DNA from: Mobula hypostoma | Lineage: Eukaryota | Length of the DNA stretch: 64,000 nt | NCBI RefSeq assembly: GCF_963921235.1 | Contig: NC_086097.1 | Location: forward strand, 113,400,001-113,464,000 | Reading direction: 5' to 3' | Part shown: positions 12,210 to 24,345 of the stretch, in pieces | Position numbering within the stretch: the first letter of the stretch is position 1 | How the letters are laid out: the number at the start of each line of letters is the position of its first letter | The notes under the pieces: model-generated | Told to the model about the DNA's origin: nothing | The model's input: the letters and a program-made list of their open reading frames with translations, nothing else | The model's database searches: none | Position numbers and translations under genes: made by a program

Positions 12210-14111
12210 CAGACATCCCACCCTGCAAAAACTCTTTTCAGGGAGGTCTCAACCTCATTTCAGGGAGGTATTAACTGGAAGTCTCAAACTTATTGCAGTC
12301 TGTGTCAATGAATTTGTTAATTTTGCAAGACATCAGATTCACAAGTCTTTTGTGAGACAGCTGACTTCTGAATTCTGTCTTAATGTGCCATGTTCACAAT
12401 AGCTGCTGTCTTGGTTGATGAGCAGGCATAGTTTTTTGCTATTTCTGAATCAGGAAACATTTTCCTGAATAGCTTGCCTGTGTGCTTACAGACCTGGAAT
12501 GGCAGGTTATGCTCAATGATTAAAGATGTAAAGTACACCTCAGCTCTAATGACCTTTTCTGTCAGACTTTGGTTTTCTGCTGAAAAAAACTGTGAAATAC
12601 CTGAGCAGCCTTCCCTGCGCTTAGCCTCCTTAATATGTTGTGGTCCCTTGAAGAAATAAAAGCATAAGGTGTATCCTTATTACTGGTGTGCGCTGCTTAG
12701 CGTCCATTCGGACAATGTCAGATCGCACATACGTCCATAGTCTCACACTCGGACACACACTCAGACGGACACACACACAGAGTCGGGACTTCTCTGTGGA
12801 TTGTCACTTTGTAGCGGTGGAGAGGCTTGTGTGGTCCTGTGATCCCGAGAGCAATGCCGTCTGGAGCTATGCTCCTGGTAGGGTCACCCATGGTGGTAAG
12901 GTCGAGGGTGAGATTCCTGACAAAGAACAATCCAACTAAGACCTCAACCGTGGAACAGGCAGACGATGTTACTTCAAACTCAATGGCTATGAAGGCGGAT
13001 GAAGGCTGCAACAAATCCATCAGCTCCAATCGCCATGGTTTCCATGCCATTGGAATCAGTTGGTTGATTTGTGAAGTATCGTGTGCTTCTTGAACTGCAA
13101 CATCAAGTACACGTTAAACAAATACATGCACAGGCGTCTTCGCTCTGTTGGCCACTTCTTATAGATCAACAGAACGAAGGCCATCATCCTCGACTTCGAG
13201 GGATAGCCACGACGACGACGAACAGTCAGGATCAGAACTTACTTTCTTACGTCGAAATGGGAGATTTTAAATGAGTGATTTAGAAGTTCTGTATCTTCAG
13301 GTTGAAGTTTATTGTCATCTAGCTGATTGTCCACAAAGGAAACAACCTCTGTCCGGACCATGGTGTAGCCACAATACATACATCACGCACACCACAATAT
13401 ATTACCATAAACAATATATTACCATATTATTTAATAAAGTGTAATTCAAAATGCATATAAAGTGCGCAGCACAGGTAAAGAGTTCGCTGTCCTAATGACG
13501 AGACCTCGGTGGGGGCCGGGTATTTATTAAAATTGTTTTTTCTTCTGAAAACGGCAGCGCTTAAACCCAGCCCATCATGGGCTTTGATGTACCTGTAAGT
13601 GGAAGTGTTTCAGGGAAAGAAAACCCCGAAGAATTTGCTTGCTGCGAGCACATTTTTTAAAGATGTCTTAGCGACGATTTTGGAATTTCTCTCCAATTTA
13701 AACCCTGCTCTAATCCCCTTTAAGACCCCAATGCGCCTCGCCTGTATAGGACAGCCTCGTGTAGTCAGGTTGCCACCGCCAGCCTTGGGAATTTCTTCAC
13801 CAGGCTTTTGTTCTTCATCACCAACAGTTGCCTGGATGATTTCAGCATCATTACAGACGGCAGTAACTGAACTGATGGAATATGGGAGAGAGAGAGGTCG
13901 ACTATAAAACCAGCCCACAGAGAAAACTGATAGGTCTACTTTAGCACAAAGAGAGATCAAGCAGGATTCATTCATTTTCTTTCTTTCTTTTCTTCCCTCT
14001 CCTTCTCTAAAAAATAAATTTCCGGGATATTGTACATAACTTGCGGGCATCAGGGAGCCGTTGTCGATATGCTGGAGACTCCCGGAACGCCCAGGAGAGG
14101 TGGGATGTCTG
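12210..14111. mobile_element. Non-autonomous TIR DNA element nested in the Tc1; 13-bp TIR, 6-bp TSD
   Basis: TIRs CAGACATCCCACC (12210-12222) and GGTGGGATGTCTG (14099-14111), with CAATGT directly on both sides. Subterminal GGGAG repeats. Confidence 0.8.
12686..13220 (+). mobile_element. Non-autonomous RTE-derived retroelement (RTE-type 5' domain plus short tail)
   Basis: GGTAGGGTCACCCATGG...GACAAAG resembles the RTE/Expander/BovB 5' UTR. Ends in a (GAC)n tail. The left boundary is approximate. Confidence 0.6.
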
Positions 14112-14639
14112 CAATGTATACTTCTTCAGCCTCAGAATTTTGCTACAATGTTTCGTAGGTTAACTCAAAAAAATCATACCTCAATACATTTTAAATTTAG
14201 AAAATTGAGACAGTAAAATGTGAAAATAGTTGTGGGGGCTGAATATTTGTTCAAGGCACTGTATGTACAAAGGAACACTAAGATCAACACTCTAAACTTC
14301 CTGCCAACAGCCTAGCAGAAATACACCCAGTAACTAATGCTGAGACAGATCTCACTCCCTTACAGACCATGCACTTACATGGCTTCAGTGCAAAAAAGGC
14401 CACTCAATGTTTTATAAACTGCACAGTGACTAGGTGCTCATTAGCAACTGTTAGTTCAATTTGAACATTGAGTTAAAGACCAAATATTGAATCGGATTGG
14501 CATTTAATGAGTTTAAGAGTTAAAGCGTGAAGAAACAACTGTGCAGTTTGTGTTCAGAATTATCCTGACAAGATTGATTTTGGGCAACAAGAATTCACAT
14601 TAGCTTCAAGATACAAACCTCAAGGAATATGCTTCATCT

Positions 14640-16720
14640 ATCACCACCTACACTTGTAAATGTGTAGATGACTTTGGTACCTCACCCCTCGTCCCAGCCA
14701 GAAGCCCTAACTAGACACAGAAGTGTGCTTCCCTTCTAAAAGCCCGGGACACTGCCTTCAAGTCTGGAGATAGAACAACTCTCAGTGCTGCCAAAAGAAA
14801 CCTTATCTTAGGCATCGAGAGAGCAAAGACTGCCTGTGCACAAAAATTCATGAACACCTGTCCAATAACGATCCACTGTGAATGTGGCTGGGCATCAAAG
14901 GCATTATTGAGCACATAAGGAAAAACAGTGTTGACTGTAGCAGAGACATTTCACTGACACTCTAAAACAACTTTTATGCATGCTTTGAGGCATGCAACAT
15001 GACATCATCCACAAAATCTACCCTCCTTTCAGGTGAGCATCCACTGTCTGAAAGAGAAGCAGATATGAGAGGGACTCTGCTGAGAGTCAACCACCTGAAG
15101 ACAACATCCCAGGTCAAGTAGTCAGGGAGTATGCACATCAGCCCACTTACCTCTTCACAAACATCTTTAGTACTTCACTCCTCCAGGTTGCTGTCCCTAC
15201 ATGCTTCAAATCAGCCACCATTATCCCTGTACCAAAGAAGTCTACACCTTCAGAACTAAATGACTACCACTCAGTGGAACTGAGGCCAATCATCATGAAG
15301 TGCTTTGAACAGCTGGTAATGGCACATATCAAAAGCCCCATTCCTACCACACTGCTCACTCATTAATATGCTTAGTGACAGAACAGGTCTAAAACAGATG
15401 CTATAGCATCTATCATGCACCTGGTCTTGACACACCTAGTAACAAGGATACATGTCAGAATGCTCAAGCTTTATAACGGACTACTGAGGCCACACTTGGA
15501 GTACTGTGAGCAGTTCTGGGCTCCTTATTCATGAAAGGATGTGCTGACATTGGAAAAGGTTCAGAAGGAGGTTCACGGGAATGATTCCAGGAATGAAAGG
15601 ATTATCATATGAGGAACAATTGATGGCTCTGGGGTTGTACTCGCTGGGATTTAGAGGAATGAAGGGATATCTTATTGAAACCTATTGAATACTGAAAGGC
15701 CTAGATAGAGTGAATGTAGAGAGGATGTTTCCTATAGTGAGGAAGTCTAGGGCCAGAAGGCACAGTCTCAGTATTGGGGGATGTCCATTTAGAACGGAGC
15801 TGAGGCAGAATTTTTTTTTTCCCCCTGAGGTGACTGTGGAGGCCAAATCACTGGGTGTATTTAAGGCAGAGGTTGATAGATTCTTGATTAGTCAGGGCTT
15901 GAAAGGTTATGGAAAGAAGGCAGGAGAATGGGGTTGAGAGGGAAATGGATCAGCCATGATGAAATCGACGGAGGGATGAAATCCTGCAGCAGACATAATG
16001 GGCTGAATGGCCTAATTCTGCACCTACATCTTATGGTCAGAACGCTGTTTCTGGTTTTTAGTTCGGCATTCAAGATTACTGTCTAACAGACCTCGGTGAA
16101 CGAACTCCTACTCCTCAGTCTAAATACACCACATGCAATTGGGTGTTGACACTTCCTCATCAACAAACCTCGGATAGTCAGGATGCACAACCGCACCACT
16201 CTTCCCATCATTCTCAACATGGGTGTCCCCCCCCCAATGCTGTATGCTCAGCCCATTGCTGTATACTCTACTTACACATGACTGATGACCAGACACTTGA
16301 GTAATTGCATTGTTAAACGCGCTGATGATAGGCCAGTGATGGAGCTCATCACTGACAATGATGAGATGGCCTAAAGGGAGGATATAGAAAGGTCTGAAGC
16401 CTAGTGCCATGTAAATAACCTCTTCCCTAATGTCATCAAGACAAAGATGATGGTTATAAACTTCAGAATAACTTGCATTACTCACACACTTGGCAGCATA
16501 GCAGCAGTTTCAAACTCCTCAGAGTACACATCTCACACAACCCCTCACGGTCTCAGAACACATGCTACACAATCAAGAAAGCTAACCATGCCTCAACTTT
16601 CTGAAGAGGCTGAAGGGACCTGAAGTATGCACATCGATACATCCTTCTACAGATGCACAGCTGAGAACCTTCTAACATGTTGCATCACATCATGGTATGG
16701 AAAATGCACTGTGGCAGACA
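14640..16720 (+). mobile_element. Decayed Rex1/Babar-like LINE split by a CR1 3' fragment
   Basis: Remnant motifs CFKSATIIPVPKKS, NDY, IMKCFEQLV. A VRML-FL motif is split by the insertion. Boundaries are approximate. Confidence 0.7.
15465..16035 (+). mobile_element. Old CR1 3' fragment with 11-bp TSD
   Basis: RPHLEYC-type remnant and a CR1 3' tail (gggctgaatggcctaattctgc). Flanked by GTCAGAA(T/C)GCT at 15454-15464 and 16036-16046. Confidence 0.8.
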
Positions 16721-16948
16721 TAGATAAATGTATTGTGTGCTTTATCGTGATCTTTTCCTGCTGCATCACATCCAGAGTAACAATTATTTTGTTGTCCTTT
16801 ACACTTGTGTACTGGAAACGGCAAACAAATTTGAGCTTTGAAATTACCTTTATGATAGGATAAACATAAAAGCAAAAGCTATGAAATTGTAGACATGTCA
16901 GGCAACATTTCAGAGTTCAAAGTAAACGTTATTAACAAAGTATCTATA

Positions 16949-17480
16949 CAGCTGCAAGAGAAAGTGTGTGAACCCTTTGCAATTACCTGTTTTTTTTTGC
17001 ATTAATTACTGATAAAAATGTGGTCTGCTCTTCATCTAGGTCACAATAATAGACTAACACTATCTGTCCAAATCATAACACAAACAATTGTACTTTTCAT
17101 GTCTTTATTGAACATATTGTTTAATTGTTCACAATCCAGGCTAGAAACATTATGTGAACCCTTGAATTTAATAACTGGGAAGAACTTCTTTTAACACCAA
17201 TAAAATCCAACAAACGTTCTCAGTAGCTGCTGATCAGACTTGTACAATGACGAGGAGGAATTTTAGACCATTCCTCCAGACAAAAATGTTTCAGTATATC
17301 AATATTTATAGGATATCTTGCATGAACAGCCCTCTTCAGGTCATGCCACACCATCTCAATTGAGTTAAGGTCTGGACTCTGACTTTGCAATTCCAAAACA
17401 CGAATTTTCTTTTTTTTTAAGCTATTCTGTTGCTGATTTACTCATGTTTTGGATCATTAATTATGTTGTTGCATCACCCA
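16949..17480 (-). mobile_element. Truncated Tc1 end, same family as 37606-39055
   Basis: TA+CAGCTGCAAGAGAAAGTGTGTGAACCCTTTGC matches the TIR at 37606. The internal part is the reverse complement of that element's transposase 3' end. Confidence 0.75.
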
Positions 17481-19630
17481 AAAGCCATTCGGTAGGACAG
17501 TTGAGGAACAGTGGAATACTTTCAAAGAGATTTTTCACAGTGCCCAACAAAAGTATATTCCAGTCAAAAGTAAGGACAGTAAGTGTGGGGAGAGCCAGCC
17601 TTGGATAACTAAGGAAATAAAAGATAGTATCAAATTAAAAGCTCATTTGTACAAAGTCGCAAAGAGTAGTGGAGGCTGGAGGATTGGGAAAACTTTAAAA
17701 AGCAAAAAGAACAACTAAACAAGAAATAAGGAAAAGGAAGATAGAGTATGAAAGTAAATTAGCACAAAATATAAACAGATAGCAAAAGTTTTTATAAATA
17801 TACAAAGCAGAAGAGGGTGGCTAAAGTCAACGTAGGTCGCTTTGAAGACGACAAGGGGAAATTGATATTAACATAGAAACATAGAAAATAGGTGCAGGAG
17901 TAGGCCATTCGGCCCTTCGAGCCTGCACCGCCATTTATTATGATCATGGCTGATCATCCAACTCAGAACCCAGCCTTCCCTCCATACCCCCTGACCCCTG
18001 TAGCCACAAGGGCCATATCTAACTCCCTCTTAAACATAGCTAATGAACTGGCCTCAACAGTTTGCTGTGGCAGAGAATTCCACAGATTCACCACTCTCTG
18101 TGTGAAGAAGTTTTTCCTAACCTCGGTCCTAAAAGGCTTCCCCTCTATCCTCAAACTGTGACCCCTCGTTCTAGACCTCCCCAACATCGGGAACAATCTT
18201 CCTGCATCTAGCCTGTCCAATCCCTTTAGGATCTTATACGTTTCAATCAGATCCCCCCTCAATCTTCTAAATTCCAACGAGTACAAGCCCAGTTCATCCA
18301 GTCTTTCTTCATATGAAAGACCTGCCATCCCAGGAATCAATCTGGTGAACCTTCTTTGTACTCCCTCTATGGCAAAGATGTCTTTCCTCAGATTAGGGGA
18401 CCAAAACTGCACACAATACTCCAGGTGTGGTCTCACCAAGGCCTTGTACAACTGCAGTAGTACCTCCCTGCTCCTGTACTCGAATCCTCTCGCTATAAAT
18501 GCCAGCATACCGTTCGCCTTTTTCACCGCCTGCTGTACCTGCATGCCCACTTTCAATGACTGGTGTATAATGACACCCAGGTCTCGTTGCACCTCCCCTT
18601 TTCCTAATCGGCCACCATTCAGATAATAATCTGTTTTCCTATTTTTGCCACCAAAGTGGATAACTTCACATTTATCCACATTAAATTGCATCTGCCATGA
18701 GTTTGCCCACTCACCCAACCTATCCAAGTCACCCTGCATCCTCTTAGCATCCTCCTCACTGCTAACACTGCCACCCAGCTTCGTGTCATCCGCAAACTTG
18801 GAGATGCTGCATTTAATTCCCTCATCCAAGTCATTAATATATATTGTAAACAACTGGGGTCCCAGCACTGAGCCTTGCGGTACCCCACTAGTCACCGCCT
18901 GCCATTCTGAAAAGGTCCCGTTTATTCCCACTCTTTGCTTCCTGTCTGCTAACCAATTCTCCACCCACACCAATACCTTACCCCCAATACCGTGTGCTTT
19001 AAGTTTGCACACTAATCTCCTATGTGGGACCTTGTCAAAAGCCTTTTGAAAATCCAAATATACCACATCCACTGGTTCTCCCCTATCCACTCTACTAGTT
19101 ACATCCTCAAAAAATTCTATGAGATTCGTCAGACATGATTTTCCTTTCACAAATCCATGCTGACTTTGTCCGATCATTTCACCGCTTTCCAAATGTGCTG
19201 TTATCACATCCTTGATAACTGACTCCAGCAGTTTCCCCACCACCGACGTTAGGCTAACTGGCCTATAATTCCCCGGTTTCTCTCTCCCTCCTTTTTTAAA
19301 AAGTGGGGTTACATTAGCCACCCTCCAATCCTCAGGAACTAGTCCAGAATCTAATTGGGTGATAAGGAAATGACTGAGGCATTGAACGACTATTTTGTGT
19401 CGGTCTTCACGGTGGAGGAAAGTCTAACATGCCAAAGAATAATGTTATGGATGAAATGGGAGGTAAGGACCTAGATAAAATTACTGTCAATAAAGAGATA
19501 GTGATGAGCAAACTAGAGGGCCTGAAGGTAGATAAGTCGCCTGGTCCTGATGGGACACATCCCAGGGTGCTGAGGGAATTGGCGGGGGTTATAGTAGCCC
19601 CGTTGGTAATCGTTTACCAAAACTCTACGT
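17481..19630 (+). mobile_element. Older CR1 subfamily fragment, split by the young CR1 at 17870-19354
   Basis: PWITKEIK...FYKY on the left continues as DKEM..LNDYFVSVFT...DKSPGPDG on the right (ORF 19429-19749). Confidence 0.8.
17870..19354 (-). mobile_element. Young CR1, 5'-truncated to the RT domain, frame open
   Basis: ORF 17963-19321 is nearly identical to the C-terminus of the 999-aa ORF. (CATAGAAA)n tail at the left end. Confidence 0.96.
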
Positions 19631-19774
19631 TATTTCACTACATTACTGAGTACAACACAGCAATTTATCAAACTGGCTGTCCACCGGCACCAATTCAAGC
19701 TGGATATTTTGCTATTTTACTCAAGTGGTATCCCTCACATTTTGCATAACTAAAAAAAAAAATGCATTCCTTAC

Positions 19775-19974
19775 CTCACCATTACAAGCCCCAGAGATTA
19801 TTGTGGATAAACTCTTAAAGTGCTTAGACATACAGTGCACACCATCTCTGTGCCCATCAAGTGATGCTATAAATGGCTTCGCAAACACTCGTTCCAGTTT
19901 GGTTGCATTCAGGGCTCTGGTGTATTCCCGAGGTACCTCAAATGGATGCAATGTAGGATCATAGTTCCTAGGAA
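19775..19974 (-). CDS. DCAF13: DCAF13 coding exon 2, 200 nt
   Basis: tttcag acceptor and GAG|GTAAGG donor. Encodes (V)PRNYDPTLHPFEVPREYTRALNATKLERVFAKPFIASLDGHRDGVHCMSKHFKSLSTIISGACNGE, with the DCAF13 hallmark ALNATKLERVFAKPF. I found no exon 3 in 1-19774, so it is presumably outside the window. Confidence 0.96.
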
Positions 19975-20335
19975 CTGAAAACAGAAATTGGATCAAATTA
20001 TGCCAATGCCAGTTATTCTGCATTTGATTTCTCAATTGCTTATGAAAAGGTAAGCACAGACCCAGACTACACATAAGCAGTTTTCTTTCTCCATGATGCT
20101 ATTTCCTCTCCATTTCTTATTACTAAGATAATGTGACTTGAAACCAACTAATAGCTTCCATATTACTAGCCCAGAAAGAACTTTGATAATCAGGTATCCA
20201 ACTGCACTCAACAGCTGATGTTTCACGTGCCTCCTTTAAAAACACCAGCCCCTCATTTCCACCCACCAAGTCCACTGTAAAGTTTTTATTATAATACCCA
20301 GTAACATCTTAAAAAAATGATTTGAAAGTGTGAAG

Positions 20336-23232
20336 GGCTGGCTGGTGGCGCAATGACATCGGCGCCGGACCCGGGAGTGGAGGTTCCCGGGTTCAAAACC
20401 AGTCGGATCCACTCCCGAGAACACTTTCCATCCATGCCGGGTTTAGTGTCGAGATCGCAACTCCACCTCGTAAAATAGAAACATAGAAAATAGTTGCAGG
20501 AGTAGGCTATTCGGCCCTTCGAGCCTGCACCGCCATTCAGTATGATCATGATTGATCATCCAACTCAGAACCCTGTACCTGCCTTCTCTCCATACCCCCT
20601 GATCCCTGTAGCCACAAGGGCCATATCTAACTCCCTCTTAAATATAGCCAATGAACTGGCCTCAACTGTTTCCTGTGGCAGAGAATTCCACAGATTCACC
20701 ACTCTCTGTGTGAAGAAGTTTTTCCTCATCTCGGTCCTAAAAGGCTTCCCCTTTATCCTCAAACTGTGACCCCTCGTTCTGGACTTCCCCAACATCAGGA
20801 ACAATCTTCCTGCATCTAGCCTGTCCAATCCCTTTAGGATTTTATACGTTTCAATGAGATCCCCCCTCAATCTCCTAAAGTATAAGCCTAGTCGATCCAG
20901 TCTTTCTTCATATGAAAGTCCTGCCAACCCAGGAATCAATCTGGTGAACCTTCTTTGTACTCCCTCTATGGCAAGAATGTCTTTCCTCCTCAGATTAGGG
21001 GACCAAAACTGCACACAATACTCCAGGTGTGGTCTCACCAAGGCCTTGTACAACTGCAGTAGTACCTCCTTGCTCCTGTACTCGAATCCTCTTGCTACGA
21101 ATGCCAGCATACCATTCGCCTTTTTCACCACCTGCTGTACCTGCATGCCCACTTTCAATGACTGGTGTACAATGACACCCAGGTCTCGTTGCACCTCCCC
21201 TTTTCCCAATCGGCCACCATTCAGATAATAATCTGTTTTCCTGTTCTTGCCACCAAAGTGGATAACCTCACATTTATCCACATTAAATTGTATCTGCCAT
21301 GAATTTGCCCACTCACCTAACCTATCCAAGTCACTCTGCATCCTCTTAGCATCCTCCTCACAGCTAACATTGCCACCCAGCTTCATGTCATCCGCAAACT
21401 TGGAGATGCTGCATTTAATTCCCTCATCTAAGTAATTAATATATATTGTAAACAACTGGGGTCCCCGCACTGATCCTTGCGGTACCCCACTAGTCACTGC
21501 CTGCCATTCCGAAAAGGTCCCATTTATTCCCACTCTTTGCTTCCTGTCTGCCAACCAATTCTCTATCCACAGCAATACCTTACCCCCAATACCGTGTGCT
21601 TTAAGTCTGCACACTAATCTCCTGTGTGGGATCTTGTCAAAAGCCTTTTGAAAATCCAAATATACCACATCCACTGGTTCTCCCCTATCCACTCTACTAG
21701 TTACATCCTCAAAAAATTCTATGAGATTCGTCAGACATGATTTTCCTTTCACAAATCCAAGATGACTTTGTCCGATCATTTCACGGCCTTCCAAATGTGC
21801 TGTTCTCACATCTTTGATAACTGACTCTAGCATTTTCCCCACCACCGATGTCAGGCTTACCGGTCTATAATCCCCCGGTTTCTCTCTCCCTCCTTTTTTA
21901 AAAAGTGGGGTTACATTAGCCACCCTTCAATCCTCAGGAACTGGTCCAGAATCTAAAGAGTTTTGAAAAATTATCACTAATGCATCCACTATTTCTTGGG
22001 CTACTTCCTTAAGCACTCTGGGATGCAGACCATCTGGCCCTGGGGATTTATCTGCCTTTAATCCTTTCAATTTACCTAACACCACTTCTCTACTAACATG
22101 TATTTCCCTCAGTTCCTCCATCTCACTAGACCCTCTGTCCCCTACTATTTCCGGAAGATTATTTATGTCCTCCTTAGTGAAGACAGAACCAAAGTAGTTA
22201 TTCAATTGGTCTGCCATGTCCTTGTTCCCCATGACCAATTCACCTGTTTCTGACTGTAAGGGACCTACATTTGTCTTAACCAATCTTTTTCTTTTCACAT
22301 ATTTATAAAAGCTTTTACAGTCAGTTTTTATGTTCCCTGCCAGCTTTCTCTCATAATCTTTTTTCCCTTTCCTAATTAAGCCCTTTGTCCTCCTCTGCTG
22401 GACTCTGAATTTCTCCCTGTCCTCAGGTGTGCCGCTTTTTCTGGATAATTTGTATGCTTCTTCTTTGGAATTGATACTATCCCTAATTTCTCTTGTCAGC
22501 CACGGGTGCACTACCTTCCCTGGTTTATTCTTTTGCCAAACTGGGATGAACAATTGTTGTAGTTCATCCATGCAATCTTTAAATGCTTGCCATTGCATAT
22601 CCACCGTCAATCCTTTAAGTGTCATTTGCCAGTCTATCTTTGCTAATTCACGTCTCATACCTTCAAAGTTACCCTTCTTTAAGTTCAGAACCTTTGTTTC
22701 TGAATTAACTATGTCACTCTCCATCTTAATGAAGAATTCCACCATATTATGGTCACTTTTGCCCAAGGGGCCTCTCACGACAAGATTGCTAACGAACCCT
22801 TCCTCATTGCTCAAAACCCAGTCTAGAATTGTCTGCTCTCTCGTTGGTTCCTCGACATGTTGGTTCAGAAAACTACCCCGTGTACACTCCAAGAAATCCT
22901 CTTCCTCAGCACCCTTACCAATTTGGTTCACCCAATCTATATGTAGATTGAAGTCACCCATTATAACTGCTGTTCCTTCATTGCATGCATTTTTAATTTC
23001 CTGTTTAATGCCATCCCCGACCTCACTACTACTGTTAGGTAGTAGTGGAATAAAGGGGGAAATGCTGCCAAAATGTCTGTGTGAGGAATGGTGCGCAACA
23101 CAGTCTCTCTCTCGCTCCACGCCTTGTAAAAGCCATGAAAAAGACATCATCACGGACGCACACACGCAGACGCACATGCACAGACGCGAACACACGCACA
23201 GACTCACATGCATGCAGGTACACACAAAAAAA
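20336..23232 (+). mobile_element. tRNA-derived SINE split by a CR1 (head 20336-20474, tail about 23049-23232)
   Basis: A box TGGCGCAATGAC and B box GGTTCAAAACC. The body is homologous to the reverse-strand SINE at 38085-38290. Assignment of the tail is tentative. Confidence 0.6.
20475..23040 (-). mobile_element. CR1 of a sister subfamily, 5'-truncated within the endonuclease
   Basis: ORFs 21927-23270 and 20565-21923 are separated by one TGA (W to stop). CR1 tail at the left end. Confidence 0.95.
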
Positions 23233-23659
23233 AGTGTGTCAAGAGTATTCATGAAAACATTGAATAGCATGGAAGATCTGTCAGTCCTAAAGACCCTATC
23301 AAGTACTTCAGATTTTTAATGTATTGTTTTGCATTAATGTCTCACACTATTTGATTCCTGTTTTTTAAGAATACGTACAAAACACTTGTCATGAGAAGGA
23401 TCAAGGTAGATTGCTATCTGCAGACTTAGTTTACTGCAAAAGGTGAGCTTAATCAAGCAAGAACCAGGATAATTACAATAAATTCAGAGAATAAATGAAA
23501 AGGAACATCAAATTGACAATCAAAATAAGAAATATATTTTGTTTTAGGTTCCCTAAAATATTTACCAATAAGGAAGTGTTCAATGTATGCAGAGGTAACA
23601 AAGGCAATGGTGTTTGTCTAGATGCAGGGTAAGATTAGAATAAGACCATAAGTTAACCT

Positions 23660-24225
23660 TTAAGGAATCCTACACAAGGACTTCCAAGTCCCTTTGTATA
23701 TACTCTCCATTTAGAAAATGGTCTTTGCCATTATTCTTCCACCCAAAGTACATGACCATACATTTCCATACATTGTATTCCATCTGCCATTTTTCTCATC
23801 TAAGTCTTTCTGCCAAGTCCTCCTGCTTCCTCAACACTACCTGCCCTTCAAACTATCTCTGAATCATCTGCGAACTTGGACACAAAGCCACCAATTCCAT
23901 CATCCAGATCATTGACATATAATGTGAAGTGATCCCAACACCAGCCTGAGGAACAAAACTTATTACCAGCAGTCAACCAAAAAATGCCTCCTTTATTCCC
24001 ACTTTGCTTTCTGTCAGTCTGCCAATCTCCTAACCATGCTAGTATCTTCTCATGGGCTCTTACCTTGTTTTGCAGCCTCATGTGTGACACCTTCTCAAAG
24101 GCCTTCTGAAAATCCAAGTATACTGACGTATCCTTTGTTATTTCCACAAAGAATTCCAAGTTTTGTCAGATAAGATTTCCCTCAAGGAAACTATGCTTAT
24201 GTTGGCCTATTTTATCATATTCCTC
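23660..24225 (-). mobile_element. Decayed CR1 RT fragment
   Basis: Motifs YLDFQKAFEKV and NDLDDGIGGFVSKFADD (ORF 23848-24159). Confidence 0.8.
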
Positions 24226-24226
24226 C

Positions 24227-24292
24227 TGTGATGATATCCTGAATGATCCCTTATGACTGTACCTTTAAAGGGGGAGGGGGGTGGGGGGGGGA

Positions 24293-24345
<53 letters not shown>

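Larger units (their letters stand above)
10786..14261 (-). mobile_element. Decayed Tc1 transposon containing a nested DNA element
   Basis: TIRs CAGTGCCTTG..AAGTATTCAGCCCC and GGGGCTGAATATTTGTTCAAGGCACTG+TA. Transposase remnants WKKVLQSGETKVELLG, TIKYGGATIM and QQDNYSKY (ORF 11256-11594). Confidence 0.88.

Noticed and set aside
13610..14050. TVGDEEQK resembling DCAF13 TVGDDKTVKQW as a candidate downstream exon
   Set aside because: Flanking residues do not match DCAF13, there are no suitable splice sites, and it lies inside a TIR element.
22429..23319. Long antisense ORFs over CR1 copies (296 aa here; also 56041-56817, 4360-4857, 5936-6340, 18645-19049 and others)
   Set aside because: Shadow ORFs on the opposite strand of CR1 ORF2. 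They recur only because the copies are near-identical, and show no recognisable domain.
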